A stretch of DNA of 32,000 bases from Promethearchaeia archaeon (GTDB lineage: Archaea > Asgardarchaeota > Lokiarchaeia > Sigyniarchaeales > SOKP01): NCBI GenBank assembly GCA_046497275.1, contig JAWOFX010000092.1, positions 1 to 32,000 of the forward strand, in the 5' to 3' direction. Below, piece after piece: positions 8,343 to 17,878 of the stretch. The notes under the pieces are model-generated. The model searched no databases, was not told the DNA's origin, and saw only the letters and a list, made by a program, of their open reading frames with translations. The number at the start of each line of letters is the position of its first letter. Position 1 is the stretch's first letter. The position numbers were made by a program, and so were the translations under genes.

Positions 8343-8346
8343 GTGA
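8341..8346 (+). promoter_or_regulatory. Shine-Dalgarno site (AGGTGA)
   Basis: AGGTGA 7 nt before the ATG at 8354, complementary to the 16S 3' end. Confidence 0.6.
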
Positions 8347-8353
8347 ATGGAAT

Positions 8354-9835
8354 ATGACTACTATAAAAGATAACCAACGCTATAATGGCTTAAGTAAGGA
8401 AGATGTATACAAAAAATTGATCCAAATATTTGGAGACTCAAATGTAAGCAAACGAGCTGTTGATTTATATCCTTATTCCTATGATATGACAGAGTGCGAA
8501 GCTCATATGCCCGATTATGTGGTAATTCCAGAAAATTCTGAACAAATTATTGAATTAGTGAAGTTTTGTAATAAAAATATTATTCCAATCGTACCCTATA
8601 TCACTGGAAATAATGTAGGAGGGCTGACAATTCCTCAATATGGAGGAATTATATTAGATTTTAGTAAGAAAATGAATAAAATCCTTCATATCAATGAGGA
8701 TATGATGTATGCATTATTAGAACCAGGAGTCACTTTTGGTCAATTAAAAAAACACTTGGATGAAAAGTATCCTCACCTAAGATATAGCTATCCTTATGCG
8801 CCACCTTATGCAGGTGTGGTAGGTAATGCAATTTTGAGCGGTATGAATAACTTGTCTTGTAAAATCGGTTCTATGGGTGACTCTATTAATGGTTTAGAAG
8901 TTATAACTGCCGATGGAGAGGTTGCTAGAATAGGATCATGTTTTTATGGTGAAAAGGATGCAGATAAGGATAGCTGGTGGGCCAGATATCCAATGCCAGA
9001 TTTAATGGGTACATTTGTAAATTGGCAAGGTATGACTGGATTAGTAACTAAATGTGCAGTTCAGCTTTGGTCAAATCCTCCATACAAGAAAACTTTTCTC
9101 GTTTTAGTCAAGGGTTTAACAGATATTGCTCCAGTAATAAGAGAAATAGGAAAAACAGATGTGGTTGATGACGTTTCAGCGGTTAGTACAGAAGTGGTAA
9201 AAATGACCGTAGAGATTCCTGATCCCGAGAAATATCCGGGAGAACCTGATTTTGTTGCTCTTTTTCCGATATCTGGAAAAACAAAAAAATTATTAGAAGC
9301 TAAAAATGAAATTGTGCTAAATAAAATAAACGAATTGAAGAACCAAGGGAAAAATATAATTGTAGCGGATGTAGATGAGTTCGCCAAAATTTTCAATTTA
9401 CGTGTACGATGTCATTTAGATTTACCCGCAGTTCTATTATCTTTAGTTGAATATTCAGGTTTAACTTGGTTCGGCTCTTATGCTCCAACACATAAGTTAG
9501 AAGAATTAATCCAAAAAATTGATGAAATTTTCCATGAATATGATGTACCATCATTTATCTATATGAAAATCATGAAATCAGGTCATTATGGCATTTTCAG
9601 ACCTATTATACGCTATAATAAATATAAAGATGGCGAAGAAGAGAAAATCCATCAATTACTTAACGATATTACTGATTTTTGTCTAAGTAGGGGATGTATA
9701 CCTTATAAAACACCCTCTTGGATGACGGAAAAAATGCGAAAGAAAATAAATCCAGGCTGGTTGAAATTATTTGAAAAAATAAAAAATTGTATGGATCCTA
9801 ATAATATATTCAATCCAGGAAGGTGGAACACGTAA
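8354..9835 (+). CDS. FAD-binding oxidoreductase, VAO/PCMH-type fold (FAD_binding_4)
   Basis: PDYVVIPENSEQI, GGIILDF, EPGVT, GLEVITADG, PDLMG...GMTGLVTK and terminal DPNNIFNPG. Confidence 0.9.
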   Translation: MTTIKDNQRYNGLSKEDVYKKLIQIFGDSNVSKRAVDLYPYSYDMTECEAHMPDYVVIPENSEQIIELVKFCNKNIIPIVPYITGNNVGGLTIPQYGGIILDFSKKMNKILHINEDMMYALLEPGVTFGQLKKHLDEKYPHLRYSYPYAPPYAGVVGNAILSGMNNLSCKIGSMGDSINGLEVITADGEVARIGSCFYGEKDADKDSWWARYPMPDLMGTFVNWQGMTGLVTKCAVQLWSNPPYKKTFLVLVKGLTDIAPVIREIGKTDVVDDVSAVSTEVVKMTVEIPDPEKYPGEPDFVALFPISGKTKKLLEAKNEIVLNKINELKNQGKNIIVADVDEFAKIFNLRVRCHLDLPAVLLSLVEYSGLTWFGSYAPTHKLEELIQKIDEIFHEYDVPSFIYMKIMKSGHYGIFRPIIRYNKYKDGEEEKIHQLLNDITDFCLSRGCIPYKTPSWMTEKMRKKINPGWLKLFEKIKNCMDPNNIFNPGRWNT

Positions 9836-11026
9836 ATGACTGAAATAAAAATTCCAGATAATATTATGGGAAAAGAATTTTTAAAACTTTCTTTTGACCA
9901 TTGCATTAAATGTAGCACTTGTAAATATTCGTTTAAGGGTTTTACAGATTCATGTCCCTCGGGAAAATCATTCTTTTTTGAATCTTTTTGGGCATCTGGA
10001 AAAATACGAACAACACGGGGCTTATTATTAGGTGAATTAGAATGGAATGAAGATCTAAAAGATGCGATTTTTGCTTGCCCAACGTGCGGAGCATGTATGG
10101 ATGCGTGCCAAGCACCTCACGCGGATTATATTGTTGATATTATAGAAACACTTAGAGAATTAGCAGTGAAGAATATTGGACCTGCCCAAAACCAAGAAAA
10201 ATTAGTTGAGAGAGCAACTAATCCAAAAATGTGGAATCCTTATGGTGAACCTAATTCCAATAACGAAGCGTTAAAGAAAAAATATAATTTACCGGATAAG
10301 GCAGAATGGGTATATTATATTGGATGTACTTCTAATTATAGACAAAAAACATTAAGAGACTCAACTCTTAGGTTCTTAAAAAAAGCAGGAATAGATTTTA
10401 CTTTGATTGATGAACATTGTTGTACAAGCCCTATGATTAGAACAGGTCAAATTGAAAATAGTAAAGAATTTATGCGATATAACGTGGAAAAAATTGAAGA
10501 GGCTGGAGCAAATAAAGTCGTAACATCTTGTGCGGGGTGTTATAGAACTTTAAAAAAAGATTTTGAAAAATTTGGAATAGATTATGATTTTCAAGTTTAC
10601 CATACGGTTGAATTATTAAAAGAACTTATTGATTCTGGAAAAATTAAAATCAAGTCTAAATATAACAAGAAACTTACTTATCATGACCCATGTCATCTGG
10701 GAAGACATATGGGAATTTACGAAATTCCTAGGGAAGTATATAAGAAAATCCCTGGTATTGAATTTCTTGAAATGGAAAGAAATCGAAATCATTCTTGGTG
10801 TTGTGGGGCGGGAGGAGGAGTAAAAATTGGATATCCTGATTGGGCAATAGATATTTCAAAAGAAAGGTTAGAGGAAGCAAAAGAAACAGGAGCAGAAGTT
10901 TTATCCTCGACATGTCCCTTCTGCAAGACTAATTTGAGTGATGCTAACGAAAAATATGGCTTTAATCTTCAGGTCTTAGATCTGGTGGAGATATTAGATT
11001 CACTCGAGATAGAAATAATAAAATAA
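9836..11026 (+). CDS. Fe-S oxidoreductase with two ferredoxin motifs and two CCG domains (HdrD/GlcF-like)
   Basis: CIKCSTC...CP, CPTCGACMDAC, IGC, CCT, SCAGC, YHDPCHLGR, CCGAGGG and CPFC. Start directly abuts the upstream stop (TAAATG). Confidence 0.92.
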   Translation: MTEIKIPDNIMGKEFLKLSFDHCIKCSTCKYSFKGFTDSCPSGKSFFFESFWASGKIRTTRGLLLGELEWNEDLKDAIFACPTCGACMDACQAPHADYIVDIIETLRELAVKNIGPAQNQEKLVERATNPKMWNPYGEPNSNNEALKKKYNLPDKAEWVYYIGCTSNYRQKTLRDSTLRFLKKAGIDFTLIDEHCCTSPMIRTGQIENSKEFMRYNVEKIEEAGANKVVTSCAGCYRTLKKDFEKFGIDYDFQVYHTVELLKELIDSGKIKIKSKYNKKLTYHDPCHLGRHMGIYEIPREVYKKIPGIEFLEMERNRNHSWCCGAGGGVKIGYPDWAIDISKERLEEAKETGAEVLSSTCPFCKTNLSDANEKYGFNLQVLDLVEILDSLEIEIIK

Positions 11027-11028
11027 TT

Positions 11029-12219
11029 TTAATCTTTATTTTCATATTGCTCTTTGGCAATTAAATATTCAATTTTTTGTTCTAATTCCTCAAGCGTGAG
11101 TTCTTCAACTTTATCTTCATACCCCAATGCTTTTAATTTTTTTATTTTTTTTGCTCGTTCCTTATCTGCTTTTTTTTGTTTAAACTCTAAGAAACTTAAA
11201 TGGTCTGTTTTAGCTCTCTGTTTTTTAATCTCATCTTCCGGAACTTTATTAAGTAATTCCTTCACATCGCTTATTTTTTCAAATTTTTCCTTCATCTCTT
11301 TCATAATCTGTATTTGAACACTCATAGACTTTGGATCTTTCTCCCCTCGAAATACTTTAGTTGTATTTGTATTACTCAGAGAGTATTTATTATTAACACC
11401 AGGTGCCGTGTTTACATTTGGAGGTGGATTTAATTGGTTGGGTGCCCCATATGAACCAGTCGGAGCTTGAAGATATACAGGGTTTGCAGGAGCGGATGAT
11501 TTATTTAGTGCAATTTGCTTAATAGTTGAATTGAGTTCTTTTACTTGTTGCTTTAATTCCTTCAATTCCTTAAACCCTTGACGAATCATAAAAAAAGTTG
11601 TATCCCATGTCTTATCACCTTTTATTTCTAATAATTTCTGAAATTCTGATTCTGATATTTCAATTTTTTTTAAAGTTATTTCTCGATTATTAGACTTCAA
11701 GGAATTTTTAATAATTTTAGAACTCGATCCTTTCATTAATTTCTGATTGTTTTTTCTTCTAGGTTGAGATGATTTATTTACACTTGTCTTCTTTTTATAA
11801 GAATATCTTGTTTTAGTTTCATAGACTACCTCTTCTTCTAATATTTCAAAAAATTCTCCATCATCAAATAGAATTTCAGAAAGTTGGAAAGATTTATTGA
11901 TGAATATCTCTTCTCTATCCCCCGAATAATAATAAATTGTAAGTCTAATTACACGAATTTTAAGATCTTCAATATTACTTAATTTATCCAATTCAATTGA
12001 AAAAATTAGGATATTTGCTGAAAAGTGAAAGTTTTTAATGGATAATAGAAATGGTTCTTGAATAATATTTGGTGCTCTCTCATTCACTTTTAGCAACTCA
12101 AACTTAAGATTCATACTTTTTATAGTGTCGGGAATTAATCTATCTATCTCATCTTGATCCTTTCTGAATTTAAAAAGAAGTTTATTTTGATCTTCCCAAC
12201 ATAATTGTAAGAGTTGCAT
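11029..12219 (-). CDS. Hypothetical modular protein (beta-rich N-domain, RHH-like segment, coiled coil, Pro-rich linker, charged helical tail)
   Basis: 396-aa ORF; domain layout judged from composition only. Confidence 0.8.
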   Translation of the reverse strand: MQLLQLCWEDQNKLLFKFRKDQDEIDRLIPDTIKSMNLKFELLKVNERAPNIIQEPFLLSIKNFHFSANILIFSIELDKLSNIEDLKIRVIRLTIYYYSGDREEIFINKSFQLSEILFDDGEFFEILEEEVVYETKTRYSYKKKTSVNKSSQPRRKNNQKLMKGSSSKIIKNSLKSNNREITLKKIEISESEFQKLLEIKGDKTWDTTFFMIRQGFKELKELKQQVKELNSTIKQIALNKSSAPANPVYLQAPTGSYGAPNQLNPPPNVNTAPGVNNKYSLSNTNTTKVFRGEKDPKSMSVQIQIMKEMKEKFEKISDVKELLNKVPEDEIKKQRAKTDHLSFLEFKQKKADKERAKKIKKLKALGYEDKVEELTLEELEQKIEYLIAKEQYENKD

Positions 12220-12401
12220 ATCTCATTTAACATCCGATTTTTGTCGGATCCTTTCGAATGGAATATTCCTTTAGTTATCTTAGAGATAAGGAAAATTTAA
12301 ATGAAGATGGTCTCTAAATTTATTATAAAATAAATCTTGAAAAAATAAGAAAGAATTGAGAATTAAATAATTGCAATAAAAAAAAGATTTTAAGATATAA
12401 T

Positions 12402-13409
12402 CTATGGAATAGCGGTAGAGTCCCACGGAATTGGTATGCTTAGGGTCACGTTGATTGAAATCCCTCCAAATTCAGTATCAAATATTAAATTATAACTAAG
12501 ATTTGCATTCGTGGTGGCCAAACCTTCTATATATGACGTATCCATGACAGCTGTAAGATTTTGATTAAAAACACCGTCAAAAGCCCCGATTGAAGTATAG
12601 TGATTAATCGCAGATTCTCCAATTTTAGTATCAGGAGGAAGGGCACTTCCATTATCACTTGAAGATACCCAAATTTCAGATTTAAGATTTAGATTGGTAA
12701 GAGGATAGATCCCACCATTTGAAATATCATAAGTTAAAGTAAAATTTAATTCATCATCACCATAGTTCCCCGGGGGGGCCGTACCACCATCATCATAATC
12801 ATAATCATACGAAACTAAATTTGGTCTTAACATTACTCCGCTGCCTATGAGACTGAGTATCCAACCTACTAATATAAGACTCAAAATAACACCTACTACT
12901 TTAAATAGGAGGCTTGGTCTCGCTCTTCTTTTATATTCTGTAGAATCTTTTGTTACTCCACGTAATTCAAACGCTTCAAAGAGATATTGGAGACTTCTTA
13001 CTCCCGCTGATAATAATAATAACCAAGCGATAAATTGTAAGCCTAATGAAACGCTGAGTTGTTGTGTTGCAATAGAAAAGTTTCCTAAATCTTTATTTGG
13101 ATTAAAACCACCAAAGATATAAAAAAGATAAACTCCAGAAAATACAGTTATTATGAACATAATAACTCTATTCTTTGCTGAATCTTTTGGATAAGCTGCT
13201 TTCAAAACTGCCAGAAATACACCCACCAAACCAAATATTATTATACCAGTAATAAAAGCTTGACTAACTGTAAATATACCATAAAAATCAAGTCCTAATA
13301 GAATACCAAGCGGAATTGCAATATAGAGGATAGCATAAATGATTCCATTGAGGATCATCTTACCTATTTGAATTTCCATTTTAGATTCAAACTCATATTT
13401 ATTATTCAA
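12402..13409 (-). CDS. Membrane protein, about 5 TM segments plus C-terminal extracytoplasmic beta domain
   Basis: Hydrophobic segments followed by an acidic Ser/Thr/Asn-rich domain with several NxS/T sequons. Confidence 0.85.
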   Translation of the reverse strand: MNNKYEFESKMEIQIGKMILNGIIYAILYIAIPLGILLGLDFYGIFTVSQAFITGIIIFGLVGVFLAVLKAAYPKDSAKNRVIMFIITVFSGVYLFYIFGGFNPNKDLGNFSIATQQLSVSLGLQFIAWLLLLSAGVRSLQYLFEAFELRGVTKDSTEYKRRARPSLLFKVVGVILSLILVGWILSLIGSGVMLRPNLVSYDYDYDDGGTAPPGNYGDDELNFTLTYDISNGGIYPLTNLNLKSEIWVSSSDNGSALPPDTKIGESAINHYTSIGAFDGVFNQNLTAVMDTSYIEGLATTNANLSYNLIFDTEFGGISINVTLSIPIPWDSTAIP

Positions 13410-13747
13410 ATTTATATTATTGATACATTAAACCATATTCAGAGTAATAAATATGCGCATTTTATATCAAAAACAAATAGTAAATTCTAATAATAAGAAA
13501 CATCAAATTATTATGATTTTTATTTAAAGTATAAAACTTTAAAATTTTTTATTTCCGTTCGTATAGAAAATACCATTTTTTAATGCTTTTACTTCTATAC
13601 TGTTTAGATTTTATTTTTGATCGTAGGAATAAATATTAATTTCGTGTTCTTGATTATTTTTGGATTTATTTATAGCATTAACAAACCATAAAGGCAAGTT
13701 ATTTAAAATTACATCTTTTAATTTTCATTAGCAAATAAAGTAAAGAT

Positions 13748-14152
13748 GTGAGATTCATCAAACAAAAAACACATAATAAAATAAATAATAATTTATGCGG
13801 TACCCCAATAGAATTAAAAGAGGGTTATAGTAAATTAAAACTGACTCCCAATAAAAAAATGGTTTTAGATGAGTCAAATTTAATACATGGAGGTTTCACA
13901 TTTAGTCTTGCTGATTATGCTGCAATGTTGGCTGTTAACCACTCTAATGTTGTTTTAACAGAAGCAAATGTTCGGTTTATAAAACCAGTAATTTTGGGGG
14001 ATATACTTATTGCAGAAGCTCATATTATGCAGAAAGAGGGAAAAAAAATTATAGTTGAAGTAAATATAAATAAGAATGGCATTAATGTTTTTGAAGGTGA
14101 ATTTAAATGTTATATTCCAGAGATTCACATACTCGGAGGGGAGATTATATGA
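13748..14152 (+). CDS. PaaI-family hotdog-fold thioesterase
   Basis: HGGFTFSLADYAAMLAVN and VRFIKPVILGDILIAEA. Stop overlaps the next start (ATGA, 14149-14152). Start codon uncertain. Confidence 0.9.
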   Translation: MRFIKQKTHNKINNNLCGTPIELKEGYSKLKLTPNKKMVLDESNLIHGGFTFSLADYAAMLAVNHSNVVLTEANVRFIKPVILGDILIAEAHIMQKEGKKIIVEVNINKNGINVFEGEFKCYIPEIHILGGEII

Positions 14153-15885
14153 ATGGTGGTGAGCTAATTGGTCAAATTCTTAAAAAAAAAAGAGTTGATT
14201 TTATATTCACATTATGTGGTGGGCATATAGCACCAATTTTAGTTGGAGCCAAAAAACAAGGATTAAGAGTTATTGATGTGCGACATGAGCCTACAGCGGT
14301 TTTTGCAGCAGATGCAGTTTCACGACTTACGGGTATACCAGGTGTTGCAGTTGTTACAGCAGGTCCAGGAGTGACTAACTCGGTTACTGCTGTAAAGAAT
14401 GCTCAAATGGCACAATCTCCACTAATTTTATTAGGAGGTGCAGCAGCAACAGTTTTACAAGGGAGGGGGGCCCTTCAAGATATTGAACAACTTGATTTAT
14501 ATAAATCAATTGTAAAATGGGAAACCTCGATAGAGCAGAATTGCGATATTGAACCGATTTTGAATGAAGCTTTTGAAGTTTCAATGTCGGGAATTCCAGG
14601 TCCGGTTTTTATAGAATGTCCAATCGACGTATTATATGAAGAAGAACTTGTTAGAGAATGGTATGGAAAACGTTCGAAATCTCAAATCAACTCTTTAAAA
14701 CAGAAAGTGGTTAATTGGTACCTTCAGAGACATGTAGATAAGCTTTTTGCATGTTCAATTGATGATGTAAAAAATAAAGAAAATGAGGATATTGTACCAT
14801 TTTCTGTCGATCAAGAACAATTACAGAAAGTTGCTTCTCAAATTAACAATTCAAAAAAACCCGTTTTGATATTAGGAAGTCAAGCCACAAAACGAGTTGA
14901 ATTAGTTTATGAACTTGCAGAGGGATTGAAAAATTTTGGGGTACCTGTTTTTTTAGCAAGCATGTCAAGAGGGCTACTTGGAAGGGATCATCCTTCATAT
15001 TTTCGTCATGGACGTTCAAAGGCGCTTAAAGAAGCAGATTTAATAATAATATGTGGAATGCCTTGTGATTTTAGATTAAATTATGGAAGAGCACTTAATA
15101 AAGGAGCTTTCCATATAGCAATCAATAGAAGTAAAGATGATTTGACTAATAATAAAAAACCAGATATGGCAATTCAAGCCGATCCCGCAACATTTTTAGT
15201 AGAACTTTCTAAATCATTCTCATTTGAAAGAGAAAAATGGTTTCAATGGTATGAGACTTTGAAAGAATGGGAAATGGGTGGTAAAGCCAAAATTGAAAGA
15301 TTTGCTCATGTTGATACGGATTTTTTAAATCCATTAGCTTTTTTGAAGGAGATTTACAACTATATAGAGGATAATGTGATTATAATAGGAGATGGTGGTG
15401 ACTTCATTGCAACAACATCCTATATTATTAAACCACCAAAACCTTTATCTTGGTTGGATCCTGGTCCTTATGGCACATTAGGAGTTGGTGCTGGATTTGC
15501 ATTAGCAGCTAAATTAGTGCATCCAGAATCAGAAGTATGGCTTTTTTGGGGTGATGGTGCAGCTGGGTATAGCATTGCGGAAATTGATACATTTGTTAGA
15601 CATAGCTTGCCAATAATTTCAGTGATTGGAAATGATGCTGGCTGGACTCAGATTGAAAGAGATCAAGTAGAATATTTAGACGATTCGGTTGGAACGAACT
15701 TGAAATTCACAGATTATCATATAGTAGCAGAGGGATATGGAGGAGAAGGATTACTATTAAAAAATAAGGCGAATATTTCCCGTGTGGTCAACCAAGCAAA
15801 ATTATTAGCCAAAAATGGTTCTCCCGTACTTATCAATGCTCTTATGGGTAAGACAGATTTTCGAAAAGGCTCAATCTCAATGTAG
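14149..15885 (+). CDS. ThDP-dependent enzyme of the ILVBL/HACL2 (acetolactate-synthase-like, 2-hydroxyacyl-CoA lyase) subfamily
   Basis: [38 protein letters not shown]...GNDAGWTQI and terminal [11 protein letters not shown], very like human ILVBL as recalled ([20 protein letters not shown]). True start taken as MNGGELIG at 14149. Confidence 0.88.
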   Translation: MNGGELIGQILKKKRVDFIFTLCGGHIAPILVGAKKQGLRVIDVRHEPTAVFAADAVSRLTGIPGVAVVTAGPGVTNSVTAVKNAQMAQSPLILLGGAAATVLQGRGALQDIEQLDLYKSIVKWETSIEQNCDIEPILNEAFEVSMSGIPGPVFIECPIDVLYEEELVREWYGKRSKSQINSLKQKVVNWYLQRHVDKLFACSIDDVKNKENEDIVPFSVDQEQLQKVASQINNSKKPVLILGSQATKRVELVYELAEGLKNFGVPVFLASMSRGLLGRDHPSYFRHGRSKALKEADLIIICGMPCDFRLNYGRALNKGAFHIAINRSKDDLTNNKKPDMAIQADPATFLVELSKSFSFEREKWFQWYETLKEWEMGGKAKIERFAHVDTDFLNPLAFLKEIYNYIEDNVIIIGDGGDFIATTSYIIKPPKPLSWLDPGPYGTLGVGAGFALAAKLVHPESEVWLFWGDGAAGYSIAEIDTFVRHSLPIISVIGNDAGWTQIERDQVEYLDDSVGTNLKFTDYHIVAEGYGGEGLLLKNKANISRVVNQAKLLAKNGSPVLINALMGKTDFRKGSISM

Positions 15886-15912
15886 CAAATTTTTAGTTTT
15901 ATATCTATTTTC

Positions 15913-16821
15913 TTACTTTATATTTAAATTAAAAAAATTTATGGCATTTTGCGTAGTTTTTTCACTGACCAATTCTTGAGAAACACCATGGCTGTATGCG
16001 ATAGCTGCTATAGAATATCGAGCATTAGCAGGAACATTAAATGGGCCTCGCTTATATGGATGTTGATAATAACTATCTGTTTCTGTTACTAGTGAATCTA
16101 AAGGGGAGACTTTAGTTGCATTTCTCCAATTTTTAAATCCATAAGAAGAACTAGGAACAGATAAAGTAAATCCCTTCTCAGGTAAGATTTTTCCATATTC
16201 TTTCGGGCCTGAAAAACAATGAAACATTACTTTTTTAAAATTAATTTTATAACCACTTAAAATTTTGAGTATTTCCTTAGTGGCTCCATCAGGTTGATTA
16301 AATCTATGGTTGGGGTGTTTTTTATCATATTCATGTTTAGCAGGATTTCGAACATGTAAGATATAGGGTTTATTAAATTCTTTTGTGATTTGGAATATTT
16401 TTTCTAATTCTTCAACTTGTTTATTTCTTTTTTCTAAGGTTTTCGCGTGATGAAAATCAAGCCCTATTTCACCTATTCCCAAATATTTTTCTTGATTATC
16501 TCGTATATAATTTATCCACTGCTTCCATATTTCATCATATTTATTCTTAGGTGTATAGGTCACGGTTTGTGGAGCCCATCCAGATGTGAAACCATAGTTT
16601 TCATCAACATTTTCCTTAAATTTTAAGGTCATTTTAAGTGTTTCCAAATCAATGGAGCTTGTAATTAAATAAAGTCCTCCTTTATCAAAATAATCTGAGA
16701 GTTGTTCTTTATCTGGTGGCAAACGATCGTTTTTTTTAGGGCGGGGAAAAGGTAGGTGGCAATGTACATCAATAAATTTTAAATCCTTTTTCGGCTCTGG
16801 AATATTGTCACTCTTAGACAT
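15913..16821 (-). CDS. tatD: TatD-family metal-dependent hydrolase/nuclease
   Basis: DVHCHL, GEIGLDF, ILHVR, FHCFSG and TETDS motifs. Confidence 0.88.
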   Translation of the reverse strand: MSKSDNIPEPKKDLKFIDVHCHLPFPRPKKNDRLPPDKEQLSDYFDKGGLYLITSSIDLETLKMTLKFKENVDENYGFTSGWAPQTVTYTPKNKYDEIWKQWINYIRDNQEKYLGIGEIGLDFHHAKTLEKRNKQVEELEKIFQITKEFNKPYILHVRNPAKHEYDKKHPNHRFNQPDGATKEILKILSGYKINFKKVMFHCFSGPKEYGKILPEKGFTLSVPSSSYGFKNWRNATKVSPLDSLVTETDSYYQHPYKRGPFNVPANARYSIAAIAYSHGVSQELVSEKTTQNAINFFNLNIK

Positions 16822-17025
16822 AAAAAATTCTCTTTTCAGTTAAATTATCTAAAGAAATTATTATTAAATTAAATTCTTTTTGACTAATTGTATAAATTAT
16901 TTCTCTAAGATTCTAGATATATACTTTTAAATCTTTTTATTTAACCATATTTATATATTCTAAGTTCAATCAATACTTTGACTTGTTAATAAAACTAAAA
17001 TTCATACTTATTAAATTAGAGCCAT

Positions 17026-17196
17026 ATGAAAGGCTTTAAAAAATTCTATGTGGCAGATAATGGAGTCGTGAAAATATATATGGTCAATATTTTCAATGGT
17101 GAGGAAAAATTGATAAAAAAGATCCTAATATTGAATGAATTGTTTCTTACAAAATTGGAAAGCAAGGCTTTAGTCTTACCTTTTATTCATCGATAA
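17026..17196 (+). CDS. Possible small protein (56 aa)
   Basis: MKGFKKFYVADNGVVKIYMVNIFNGEEKLIKKILILNELFLTKLESKALVLPFIHR; open frame in an otherwise stop-rich intergenic region; no family recognised. Confidence 0.3.
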   Translation: MKGFKKFYVADNGVVKIYMVNIFNGEEKLIKKILILNELFLTKLESKALVLPFIHR

Positions 17197-17252
17197 AAGA
17201 TCATTTCATAATATAATTTTATAAAAATAAAATTTAAGAATAGTAAAATAAA

Positions 17253-17666
17253 ATGTTTGAAGAAATCTTTAATAAAATTGAAGAATTAAAAAATCTGGAA
17301 AAAGATATAGAACCTAAGATAGATGAGTTAAATAATCAAAGAGATAATGAATTACAAAAAATAAATCAAAAATATGAGGAGAAGATTTCTCACGTTTCAA
17401 ATGAAGTAGAAACTTACCGGAAAAATTTGATGAAACTTATTTATGATTCATTTGAAAATGCAGTAATGAATGAGTTTGATGCGAAAAGAAGTACTAGCGA
17501 ATACTCAATAACCCCTCAAATTAGAGAGTACAAAGAAGCGATGAAAAAAGTAGAATTCTTTCCTGAAAAATTAATTGAAAAATTAGAGAAAGTCATTGCA
17601 CAAGAAGAACCAATTGAAAATCTTGCGTATGATTTAGAAAAGATAGAAAGTCAATATTTCTCATAA
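17253..17666 (+). CDS. Hypothetical coiled-coil protein
   Basis: 137 aa, E/K-rich, heptad pattern in the N-terminal half. Confidence 0.8.
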   Translation: MFEEIFNKIEELKNLEKDIEPKIDELNNQRDNELQKINQKYEEKISHVSNEVETYRKNLMKLIYDSFENAVMNEFDAKRSTSEYSITPQIREYKEAMKKVEFFPEKLIEKLEKVIAQEEPIENLAYDLEKIESQYFS

Positions 17667-17878
17667 TTATCTCTTTTCCTTATTTCTAGGATAATAAATG
17701 GAAGTATATCATACTTTCTTAGTTATATGAACATATTGAGCCTTAATTTAAATTTATTTAGAATTTTTTCTTTATAATCATGAAAAACTGAATATAGTGT
17801 GAATATTACTTGATTTTATAATTATCTTTTAGGTGACCTAATTTCATAGAAATATAATTTTAAATTAGAGAAATTTTC

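Noticed and set aside
9061-11317. ORFs 9061-9396, 9703-9918, 10629-10823, 10728-10913 and 11054-11317
   Set aside because: Overlap well-supported genes; no independent evidence.
12223-12225. In-frame TGA two codons upstream of the 396-aa gene as a second Sec site
   Set aside because: A TAA occurs further upstream with no start codon in between, and there is no redox motif.
12847-14584. ORFs 12847-13122 and 14384-14584, and the 14107 start for the ThDP enzyme
   Set aside because: The first two are antisense shadows. The 14107 extension overlaps the thioesterase, and the ATGA overlap supports 14149.
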